This document shows positions 25,601 to 33,250 of a DNA stretch of 37,920 nucleotides, piece by piece; positions within the stretch are counted from its first letter, which is position 1, and every line of letters begins with the position of its first letter. The position numbers and the translations under genes were made by a program. The notes below the pieces were generated by a model. That model did not search any database and had not been told where the DNA came from. It saw nothing but the letters and a program-made list of their open reading frames with translations. This stretch comes from an uncultured Bacillales bacterium (GTDB lineage: Bacteria > Bacillota_I > Bacilli_A > RFN20 > CAG-826), in contig CAMGZN010000002.1 in assembly GCA_946183335.1 (NCBI GenBank), positions 1-37,920 of the forward strand, given 5' to 3'.

Positions 25601-27230
25601 AGACGTATCCTCTTTTCTTAATCACGTTATAGATTTGCTCAATATAACGATTACATTCGTCTAAGCTATCAAGCTCAAGCATAATACGCACAACTGGTTC
25701 AGTACCAGATTGACGTAAAATGGCTCGACCATTGTCGCCAATTTCTTTATTTACTTTCTCAAAAGCCGCTTTTACTTCTTCGTCTTCAACAACGGCAGCT
25801 TTATTTGTGACCCTGACATTTCTTAAGACTTGTGGAAGAACTTTAACTGGTGCAACAAGTTTTGAAAGTGATTGCTTGCTATCAAGCATTGCTTCCACAA
25901 TGTTAATTGCAGTAAGGACGCCATCACCTGTGGTGGCGTACTTTCGAATAATAATATGTCCAGATTGTTCACCACCTAAGTAGTAACCAGATTTCATCAT
26001 TTCTTCGTAAACGAAGCGGTCACCAACTTTTGTTTGAACATTCTTAATTCCAATAGCTTTTAAAGCCTTGGTCAAACCAGAGTTTGACATGATGGTGGTG
26101 ACGACAGTATCGCCGTTAAGTTTTTCTTCGGCTTTAAGTTTTTTAGCAAGAAGATAAATAATTTTATCTCCATCAACTTCATTACCGTTTTCATCAATCG
26201 CGATACAACGGTCGGCATCTCCATCAAAGGCGAAACCAACATCAAGATGGTTTTCCTTGCAGTATTCTTTGAAGTGCTCAATGTGGGTTGAACCGGCATT
26301 GAGGTTAACGTTTAAGCCGTTTGGTTCATTGTTAACAATGAAAACATTTGCGCCTAAAGCGTCAAAGACGGATTTGGCAATCATCCAAGACGCTCCATTC
26401 GCTGTATCGAGACCGATTTTCATTCCTTTAAAGGAATGGACAGCGATAGAAATTAGGTAGGCGATATAACGGTTACGTCCAGAGGAGTAATCGTTAATTG
26501 TGCCAATGTTTTCTCTTTCTGCAAGTGGAAGGTCTGGACCTTGCACTCCGAGTTTTTCAAACTGACCGTCGATATATGCTTCGCATAAATAGGCGACGGA
26601 ATCTTCTAGTTTCTCGCCTTTCGCGTTAATAACTTTAATACCATTATCGTAGAATGGGTTATGGGAAGCGGTGATCATTACGCCACAATCAAAACCATCT
26701 TTTCTTGTAATATAAGAAACGCTAGGTGTGGTGGTAACGTGTAATAAGCACACGTCTGCACCTGAGGCGGCTAAGCCTGCAGCGACCGCATATTCAAGCA
26801 TGTATGAAGAGCGTCTGGTATCTTTACCAATGACGATTTTTGGACGATAACCTGGTTTCACGCCGGTATATTCCGGATTGGAATAGAACCAGCCTAAGAA
26901 ACGACCAATTTTATATGCGTGATCGGAGGTTAAAACTTTGTTTACCTCTCCACGGAAACCATCTGTTCCAAAATATTTTGTTTTAATATCTTCCCCGATG
27001 GAGACTTTTAATTGTTGTCCACGATGAATCGTGACTGAGTCGTGAAGTAACTCGTCAGTCGTGACTTTAAAAAGTTCTCCAAGTTCAATGATTTTATCTA
27101 GTGACGGAGTTGATTCTCCACTTTCCCATTTCGAAACTGACTGACGAGAGACGTTCATCATCTTCGCGAGTTTCTCTTGGGAGATATCATTCATTGTTCT
27201 AAGATGGATAATTTTTTCAGCTAATGTCAT
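25593..27230 (-). CDS. glmM: Phosphoglucosamine mutase with an N-terminal XRE-family HTH domain (fusion)
   Basis: The N-terminus LAEKIIHLRTMNDISQEKLAKMMNVSRQSVSKWESGESTPSLDKIIELGELFKVTTDELL is a canonical HTH_XRE domain. About 85 aa in, KYFGTDGFRGEVN, TASHNPFYDNGIK and GDGDADR are GlmM / alpha-D-phosphohexomutase motifs. The start MTLAEK follows SD GGAGGT. Confidence 0.85.
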   Translation of the reverse strand: MTLAEKIIHLRTMNDISQEKLAKMMNVSRQSVSKWESGESTPSLDKIIELGELFKVTTDELLHDSVTIHRGQQLKVSIGEDIKTKYFGTDGFRGEVNKVLTSDHAYKIGRFLGWFYSNPEYTGVKPGYRPKIVIGKDTRRSSYMLEYAVAAGLAASGADVCLLHVTTTPSVSYITRKDGFDCGVMITASHNPFYDNGIKVINAKGEKLEDSVAYLCEAYIDGQFEKLGVQGPDLPLAERENIGTINDYSSGRNRYIAYLISIAVHSFKGMKIGLDTANGASWMIAKSVFDALGANVFIVNNEPNGLNVNLNAGSTHIEHFKEYCKENHLDVGFAFDGDADRCIAIDENGNEVDGDKIIYLLAKKLKAEEKLNGDTVVTTIMSNSGLTKALKAIGIKNVQTKVGDRFVYEEMMKSGYYLGGEQSGHIIIRKYATTGDGVLTAINIVEAMLDSKQSLSKLVAPVKVLPQVLRNVRVTNKAAVVEDEEVKAAFEKVNKEIGDNGRAILRQSGTEPVVRIMLELDSLDECNRYIEQIYNVIKKRGYVCE

Positions 27231-27270
27231 CTGCTTACCTCCCCGCACCCATTAGTTGCGGACTGGTTAA

Positions 27271-27302
27271 ATAATGCTCTAAATAGACCAAATTGTCAAT
27301 TT
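27271..27302 (-). promoter_or_regulatory. Candidate glmM-fusion promoter (TTGACA-17-CATTAT) with an overlapping 13-bp palindrome
   Basis: Minus-strand -35 TTGACA at 27294-27299 and -10 CATTAT at 27271-27276. The perfect palindrome AAATTG-T-CAATTT at 27290-27302 covers the -35 element. Confidence 0.5.
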
Positions 27303-27319
27303 ATTTATGTAAAGAAGTA

Positions 27320-27348
27320 TTTACAAGCTCAAAACACATGTCTATAAT
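27320..27348 (+). promoter_or_regulatory. nagB promoter (TTTACA-17-TATAAT)
   Basis: -35 at 27320-27325 and a perfect -10 at 27343-27348, about 25 nt upstream of the nagB ATG. Confidence 0.7.
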
Positions 27349-27373
27349 AGCAACATAAAAAGAGGACACAATC

Positions 27374-28096
27374 ATGATCGTAAAAGTCTTAAAACAAGCC
27401 GACATTGATTCCCAAATGGCGGAAGAATTCATTAAAGTCATCAATTCAAAGAAACATCCAGTTCTTGGTTTAGCTACCGGTACATCACCATTGGGCGTGT
27501 ACGCAAATTTGGTCAAGGCTAATAAAGAAGGACGTGTTTCCTTTAAAAACGTCACAACATTTAATCTTGATGAATATGTTGGACTCGAAGGCACTCATAA
27601 CCAATCTTATCGTTACTTCATGAATGATAATCTTTTCAATCACATTGACATTGATAAGTCGAAGACAAATGTCTTACTCGGTGTTGGAGATTATAAATCA
27701 TTCATGAATAAATACGATAAGATGATCGAGGATGCAGGAGGCATCGATATCCAAATCCTCGGTATCGGAAGTGATGGACACATCGCGTTTAATGAACCAG
27801 GCACACCATTTGATTCATTAACACACGAAACAGCGTTAACTGAGCAAACTATCAAGGATAACTCTCGTTTATTTAACGATATCTCTGAAGTTCCAACACG
27901 CGCTGTTACAATGGGACTTAAGTCCATCATGAATGCTCGTAAGATTATCTTAGTCGCTACTGGTAAAAACAAAGCTAAAGCCGTCTATGGATTAATCAAA
28001 GGACCAATCACTGAAGATATGCCATGCTCCATCCTTCAAAAACACCCAGATTGCAGAATCTATGTTGATGAAGAAGCCTATTCTTTAGTGAAATAA
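27374..28096 (+). CDS. nagB: Glucosamine-6-phosphate deaminase
   Basis: LGLATGTSPLGVY, FNLDEYVGL and GIGSDGHIAFNEPG motifs, 240 aa. Confidence 0.92.
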   Translation: MIVKVLKQADIDSQMAEEFIKVINSKKHPVLGLATGTSPLGVYANLVKANKEGRVSFKNVTTFNLDEYVGLEGTHNQSYRYFMNDNLFNHIDIDKSKTNVLLGVGDYKSFMNKYDKMIEDAGGIDIQILGIGSDGHIAFNEPGTPFDSLTHETALTEQTIKDNSRLFNDISEVPTRAVTMGLKSIMNARKIILVATGKNKAKAVYGLIKGPITEDMPCSILQKHPDCRIYVDEEAYSLVK

Positions 28097-28121
28097 TCAT
28101 TAAAACTCTAAATAAAATTTG

Positions 28122-28150
28122 AAAGATGCGCTTCTGCGCATTTTTCTTTT
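28122..28150 (+). terminator. Rho-independent terminator after nagB
   Basis: AAAGATGCGC-ttct-GCGCATTTTT followed by CTTTT. Confidence 0.8.
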
Positions 28151-28212
28151 ATAAAAAATTTTTGAACACTTTTCTCTTATTTTTACGCACTTATAAGTAG
28201 GAGAAAATTCTT

Positions 28213-28587
28213 ATGAAATCAATAGATTTAAACAAATTTTATCTTATTCATGATGGCAGTAAAATTGGCCATCCGGGCTTATGTGTTTGGAGTGATCAAG
28301 ATTCGAATTTATATTTGCTTATTAAATTTGGTTCAAGCAAAACGGATGACAATATCAAATTAAAACACTCAATTAGCAGCAACAAACTAAATAGTTTTGT
28401 TTACAAGCGCCCATTTGTTGGTAAAAGAAAAGATATTGGTAATGAAATGCAATATGACATCAAAATAAGTAAAGAAGACGAATGGATCTTGATAGAAATT
28501 CCTAGGAATAATCCAATTTTTTCAAAAACGCTGAAAAGCAAGGATAAACACAGGTTTAAATATAGATACAAAAAAACCGTCAGCTAA
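28213..28587 (+). CDS. Hypothetical small basic protein (orphan)
   Basis: 124-aa ORF with SD TAGGAG about 9 nt upstream. Lys-rich, in a visibly AT-rich patch. No family recognised. Confidence 0.5.
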   Translation: MKSIDLNKFYLIHDGSKIGHPGLCVWSDQDSNLYLLIKFGSSKTDDNIKLKHSISSNKLNSFVYKRPFVGKRKDIGNEMQYDIKISKEDEWILIEIPRNNPIFSKTLKSKDKHRFKYRYKKTVS

Positions 28588-28666
28588 GTGACGGTGTGTC
28601 CGTTTCGTCAACGGCAATTGTCCCACCCAACTTAATGGGCGCATACCAGCAGTGCTGGATGACGAT
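28568..28666 (-). ncRNA. Candidate small RNA of unknown family (own promoter plus intrinsic terminator)
   Basis: On the minus strand, a TTGACG-16-TATAAT promoter is followed by about 100 nt with several hairpins: GCAU...CCAGC-acu-GCUGG...AUGC, CCCA-uuaagu-UGGG and CCGUU-gacga-AACGG. The RNA ends in ACCGUCA-cuuagc-UGACGGU plus UUUUUU. No ORF is present on this strand. The ends are approximate. Confidence 0.55.
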
Positions 28667-28670
28667 GCTA

Positions 28671-28698
28671 ATTATAGGGATTTGTTTTTATACGTCAA
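28671..28698 (-). promoter_or_regulatory. Promoter of the candidate sRNA (TTGACG-16-TATAAT)
   Basis: Minus-strand -35 at 28693-28698 and a perfect -10 at 28671-28676. Confidence 0.6.
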
Positions 28699-28707
28699 GA
28701 TGTATTT

Positions 28708-28742
28708 TGAAAACAAAAAAGAAAACCGCCACTAAGCGGTTC
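28708..28742 (-). terminator. Rho-independent terminator after mntP
   Basis: The minus strand reads AACCGC-ttagtg-GCGGTT followed by TTCTTTTTTGTTTT. Confidence 0.75.
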
Positions 28743-28823
28743 TGCTATAAATAGCATTCGTCACTCCTCAAAGAGGATTTACTTGACACTTTTAAATAAA
28801 GTAATCTGAATTGTTATGGTCAA

Positions 28824-29459
28824 TTAGATTCCTAAGTAATGTGATAAGACAATCCAAACTGCTAGAACAATTAAGATTACTCCTGCGATAATACTTGAAA
28901 CATCATATTTCCCTTTGAGGAGTTTTTCAAAGAAAGAGCCAAGGAAAACTCCGAGAAGAGAAATTACAAAGGTACACACCATAATTATCACAACATGTAA
29001 CCAAATGGTTGATGTAGTGGAAATACCGGCGTGAAAACTCACTCCAACTGCGAGCGCGTCAATCGCGGTCGCAATCGACATAATAAAGACTTCCTTTAAG
29101 GAATATAACTTTAAAATCTTTTCTTCCGGAGGTTTTTTCATATTAAGAATTCCTTCAATAAACATCTTCCCTCCGATAATTAGAAGAGCGGCAAAAGAGA
29201 TCCAAGTAACAACAAGCGCCATAATTTCTCCCGCTTGCTTACCACCTGCTGATCCAACAATCTGAGAAATCCCTTCAACTAACCAATAACCTAAAAGAGG
29301 CATTAACGCTTGCATCAGCCCAAACATCAATGCAATCGTTAATCCCTTTTTCTTATCAATATTGGTATAGACCAAACTATCAACAATGGATACCGCGAAA
29401 GCATCCATGCTAAGAGCGATTCCGAACAAAAATACTTGGATCAATATCTCGAAAGACAT
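28824..29459 (-). CDS. mntP: Manganese efflux pump MntP (DUF204 family)
   Basis: 211 aa, 6 TM, with duplicated motifs LSMDAFAVS and TAIDALAVG. No SD is visible. TACAAT lies 6 nt upstream of the ATG. Confidence 0.8.
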   Translation of the reverse strand: MSFEILIQVFLFGIALSMDAFAVSIVDSLVYTNIDKKKGLTIALMFGLMQALMPLLGYWLVEGISQIVGSAGGKQAGEIMALVVTWISFAALLIIGGKMFIEGILNMKKPPEEKILKLYSLKEVFIMSIATAIDALAVGVSFHAGISTTSTIWLHVVIIMVCTFVISLLGVFLGSFFEKLLKGKYDVSSIIAGVILIVLAVWIVLSHYLGI

Positions 29460-29705
29460 AGAAATATTGTAGAACTAATCGAGATAATTTAATTAGTTCT
29501 TTTTTCTTTGTCTTTCCTTGTTATAATAATAACAACGAGGATTAAAACAAGAAACATCTAGATGCAGCTAGATTTTATTGTTATTAGTCTCGCTAGATAT
29601 TGATCTTTTAGATGATCTTGAAGATTAACCAAGCTTATTAATCTTCTCCTTTATTTAAAAAGGATGTATCGAAATAATTTATTCAAAAAAAGAAAGGAGA
29701 AGAAA
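29460..29705. promoter_or_regulatory. Hairpin-rich divergent control region between mntP and the surface protein gene
   Basis: An extended -10 TGTTATAAT (29519-29527, + strand). Inverted repeats are GAACTAAT/ATTAGTTC (29472-29499), ATCTAG-atgcag-CTAGAT (29556-29573, T-rich on both sides) and GAAGATTAA-ccaagctta-TTAATCTTC (29620-29646, followed by TCCTTTATTT). A third CTAGAT copy lies at 29593-29598. Confidence 0.5.
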
Positions 29706-32700
29706 ATGAACAAATTATTTACAAAAGTAGCCGCGCTAACCCTCGGTGTAGCGATGGCTGCTGGTGTAGGTGTTGCTGTTGGTTCTGCTAAAGCAAGCGA
29801 AGTCAAAGCTGCGGATTATAGTGAAACATTTGTTTCTAAAAATTCATCTAAATACTATGAAAACGGCTTTGTTGTTGGCACACTAGATTCTGGTTCGAAA
29901 GCAACATTTAGTGGTGAGCATATTACATTGACTCAAGATAAAAATGATTCAAACAATGATGTTGTCATTTCATATGCTGAAATTCGTATTTATGCTAAGC
30001 ATAGTCTTACAATTGAACCTGCATCAGGTTATGCGATTACCTCAGTTGTTTTAAATTGTGATAGCTCAGCATATGCTAATGCTATTGGCGGAACATCATT
30101 GACAAATTGTACTGTTGCCGTGAATAGTTTGACCGCAACATTAACACCAACAGACGGAACTGCTGCATTATCTTTTAAGAATGCTGCTCAGAGTCGAATT
30201 CGTACATTGGTTGTTAATTATTCTGATAGCGGTGATACTCCAACTACTCAATACAATGTAACTGATAGTGTTGAAAATGGTAGTGTTTCACCATCAAAAG
30301 TTAATGAAGGCGCAACTCTTACTGCAACAATTAAACCTGACACTGGTTACACCCTTCCAGAGACAGTTACTGTCACTATGGGTGGTACAGCTGCAACTCA
30401 CACCTATCAAAATGGCGTAGTTACAGTTCAAAATGTTACTGGTGATGTCGTTATTTCTGGTTCTTGTCCAGAAAAACAAGCTCCTCAACCTGTCGACTTA
30501 CCAGATGGCGAATATACAGCATCTTTCCCATACGCAAATCCTTTCCCAACAGAAATTGATGTTGTCGATGGACAATCTGCTAAAGTTGCTGCTTTAACAT
30601 CTTCCATTTCCGCTGTCAGCACATACGATGATTCACATTCCGAGTATGTCATTGCAGCTAACCAATCAATTGAAATTAACAATTTAACAAACGGTAAGAT
30701 CAGCAAAGTTGATATTCACATTTATCAGTACAAAAATTTCAATGTTTATGTTGATGATGCCACAGATCCAGTTTACACGGGTGATGGTACAAATGCTGGT
30801 AATGATGCCCACATTGAAGTGACTACAAATGCTTTAAGCAAAGTTAAAATCACTGGTAACGGTGGTGATAATGGAAGCCGAACATTTAAAGTTTTTGATG
30901 TGAAGGTTTATATCGTTGTTGCTAGTGCACCAATTGCTGTTGAAGGCGTTTCTTTAAATGCTGACGAAGCAACAATGGCTGTTGGCGCCACCTATAACTT
31001 AACTGCAACCATTACACCAAATGGCGCTGATAACCCAGCAGTGACCTGGTCTTCAAACCCAACCAGTGTTGCTACTGTTAGCGATAATGGTGTCGTCACA
31101 GCCGCTGCTGCTGGTGATGCTGTTGTTACAGTTACAACTGTTGATGGAGGATTTACTGATACATTCATAGCTCACGTTGTCGAAGTTAATTATGGCAGTG
31201 AATCTAGTCCATTAACTGTTGAAGAAGCAAGAGCTGCATTAGATGTTTCTGGTGCTGCAACAAGCTTACAAAAATTATGGGTTTATGGTGAAGTATATTC
31301 TTCAAGTTATAACTCTCAATATCAAGACTACACTCTCTGGTTAAAGAGTTCTGATGGTTCTGAAAACGAATACTTTGAAATCTATAGTGGTTCTGTTACT
31401 GCTGCCATTACTGAAGATGATACTCAAGCTAATGCTTTAGCTGGTATTACTGTTATCTGCAATGGTTATGGAAAGATTCATAACAGTTCAGTTTATGAAT
31501 TATTTAAATCAAATAATGAGAAACCAACTATTGCGAAGTATGAAGCTCCACAACCAGCTACTTATGAAGTTTCCTTCTATGAAGGAAATACAGGTGGAGG
31601 TTCTCAATACGCCGAAGGCGCAAAGGTGACCATTCCACAACCAACAGAATCCTTAATTCCAGAAGGCAAGGAATTTGACTACTGGGAACACAAGGAAACT
31701 GGTGATCACTATGCTCCAGGTGATGAATTCACCGTTGGAACAAGTAGTGCTCGTTTTGATGCCGTTTATAAAGATGCTACTCCAGTTGCTGGTTGGAGTG
31801 ATGAATTATTAGCAGCATTCCAATCCTCTTTACATGGCGTTGTCCCAACTTATGCTGATTCAGTTTCAGGATTAGAGTATGTTTCAAATTATGATGATTT
31901 TGAACTTAGTTTCTCTGATTTAGAAACTGCAAGTGCACAATTAGCAACTCTTTGTAACGGATGGAGTTTTGATGGTGAAGGTGCTGATATTGAATACTAT
32001 ATTCAAACACAAGATCAGCTTGGTTACGCCGTTGGATATTTATATCAATCTGGTGATACCTATTCACCAACACTTCAGTTTGATCAAACTGCATATGAGC
32101 AAGAAATGCAAGCAGCTTTTGCTGCTAAAATGCATAACAACATTCCACCATTCTTACATAAAACATATGCCCAATTTACATATGTTGACGCTGCATCGAT
32201 GTTCTGCTCCAATAGTTTGTTAAGCAATCAAGGATTGACAATGTTGCAAACAAAATTAACAAATCTTGGATTTGCTTTAATGAGCGAAGCCGCTACTGGA
32301 ACAAGATATGTTGTTGTAGCTCAAGGTGGCATTTCTGGCACCGTTTATCAATATGGTGCATATTGCCAAGATGGCGGAATTATGGTTGTTGAATTATTTG
32401 TCATGGATGAATATTCAGCTATGTCTGCTAACGTTTACTATTCTGCACAACCACTATCCATTGCATTAAGCGGTGAATATAAAACTGTGTTTGAATATGG
32501 CGAAGAATTCGATTCAACAGGCCTTATTGTGACTGCAACAATGTCAGATGAAACTGAACTTGATGTTACTCAACAAGCTTCATTTGCTGGTTATGATGCG
32601 TCTGTATCTGGCCAACAAACCATTACTGTGACTGTTGGAAATGATGAAACTTCCTATGTTGTTACCGTGAATGAACCAGCTCCAACTTACGATGCTGATG

Positions 32701-33095
32701 CATTCGCAAAAGAATTACTTGAGAAAGTTGCACCAATCTGTGCTAACTACGATGGTAAGAAGAACAACAGGACTGCTTTAAAAGAAGTCTGGACAGAAAT
32801 GGCTGTCAAGTACGGAACACTTTCCGAAGAAGAAAAAGCCAAAGTTGTCGCTGCTGCTGCTAAAGCAGATGGCACTGATCTTGAAAAAGCTATGGCCTTC
32901 TATAACTTTGCTTGTAAGAAGTATGGCTTAACCAAGTTCATTGCTGGACGTCAAGTTAAAGCGATTGTTAACGAACCAGTTCAAAACAATAGCATTCTCC
33001 CAATCGTTGTGATTGTGGCTTCATCTGTTGCCGCTGTTACAGCGATCGGAGTTGTCATTGCTCTTAAACGTCGTAAAAGCTTATTAACCAAATAA
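29706..33095 (+). CDS. Large surface protein: signal peptide, Big_2 Ig-like domain, Listeria/Bacteroides-type repeat, further Ig-like domain, C-terminal TM anchor
   Basis: The start MNKLFTK follows SD AAAGGAG. Signal peptide ...GSAKA/SEV. The Big_2-like segment is VEGVSLNADEATMAVGATYNLTATITPNGADNPAVTWSSNPTSVATVSDNGVVTAAAAGDAVVTVTT. The segment F-DYWEHKETGDHYAPGDEFTV is repeat-like. The C-terminal anchor is ILPIVVIVASSVAAVTAIGVVIALKRRKS. Confidence 0.75.
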   Translation: MNKLFTKVAALTLGVAMAAGVGVAVGSAKASEVKAADYSETFVSKNSSKYYENGFVVGTLDSGSKATFSGEHITLTQDKNDSNNDVVISYAEIRIYAKHSLTIEPASGYAITSVVLNCDSSAYANAIGGTSLTNCTVAVNSLTATLTPTDGTAALSFKNAAQSRIRTLVVNYSDSGDTPTTQYNVTDSVENGSVSPSKVNEGATLTATIKPDTGYTLPETVTVTMGGTAATHTYQNGVVTVQNVTGDVVISGSCPEKQAPQPVDLPDGEYTASFPYANPFPTEIDVVDGQSAKVAALTSSISAVSTYDDSHSEYVIAANQSIEINNLTNGKISKVDIHIYQYKNFNVYVDDATDPVYTGDGTNAGNDAHIEVTTNALSKVKITGNGGDNGSRTFKVFDVKVYIVVASAPIAVEGVSLNADEATMAVGATYNLTATITPNGADNPAVTWSSNPTSVATVSDNGVVTAAAAGDAVVTVTTVDGGFTDTFIAHVVEVNYGSESSPLTVEEARAALDVSGAATSLQKLWVYGEVYSSSYNSQYQDYTLWLKSSDGSENEYFEIYSGSVTAAITEDDTQANALAGITVICNGYGKIHNSSVYELFKSNNEKPTIAKYEAPQPATYEVSFYEGNTGGGSQYAEGAKVTIPQPTESLIPEGKEFDYWEHKETGDHYAPGDEFTVGTSSARFDAVYKDATPVAGWSDELLAAFQSSLHGVVPTYADSVSGLEYVSNYDDFELSFSDLETASAQLATLCNGWSFDGEGADIEYYIQTQDQLGYAVGYLYQSGDTYSPTLQFDQTAYEQEMQAAFAAKMHNNIPPFLHKTYAQFTYVDAASMFCSNSLLSNQGLTMLQTKLTNLGFALMSEAATGTRYVVVAQGGISGTVYQYGAYCQDGGIMVVELFVMDEYSAMSANVYYSAQPLSIALSGEYKTVFEYGEEFDSTGLIVTATMSDETELDVTQQASFAGYDASVSGQQTITVTVGNDETSYVVTVNEPAPTYDADAFAKELLEKVAPICANYDGKKNNRTALKEVWTEMAVKYGTLSEEEKAKVVAAAAKADGTDLEKAMAFYNFACKKYGLTKFIAGRQVKAIVNEPVQNNSILPIVVIVASSVAAVTAIGVVIALKRRKSLLTK

Positions 33096-33127
33096 TTGCT
33101 TAAATATACTGCATTAATTTAAACAAT

Positions 33128-33162
33128 AGCCTCTCGATAAACGTGTCGAGGGGCTTTTCTTA
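33128..33162 (+). terminator. Rho-independent terminator after the surface protein gene
   Basis: AGCCTCTCGA-taaacgtg-TCGAGGGGCT followed by TTTCTT. Confidence 0.8.
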
Positions 33163-33198
33163 TACTTTGCATATATATGAAATATTTGCACATTTTCT

Positions 33199-33230
33199 TT
33201 GACATCAATATGAACTTTATACTATAGTAT
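33199..33230 (+). promoter_or_regulatory. Candidate fnl operon promoter (TTGACA-18-TATAGT) with a 12-bp perfect palindrome over the -10
   Basis: -35 TTGACA at 33199-33204 and -10 TATAGT at 33223-33228. The palindrome ATACTATAGTAT spans 33219-33230 and is flanked by direct TATGAAC repeats. Confidence 0.5.
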
Positions 33231-33250
33231 GAACGAAAGAGGTTCCTATT

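Noticed and set aside
28568-28666. Candidate sRNA as a small SRP (4.5S) RNA, 6S RNA, or a riboswitch for a downstream gene.
   Set aside because: There is no GGAA/GNRA-capped helix 8 with AGCA/AGG symmetric loops. It is too short for 6S RNA. No ORF lies downstream on the minus strand for a cis-regulator to control. It is kept as an sRNA of unknown family.
28782-28812. TTGACA hexamer on the + strand, pointing antisense into mntP.
   Set aside because: No acceptable -10 lies at a 16-18 nt spacing (the best is CTGAAT). It is probably fortuitous in AT-rich DNA.
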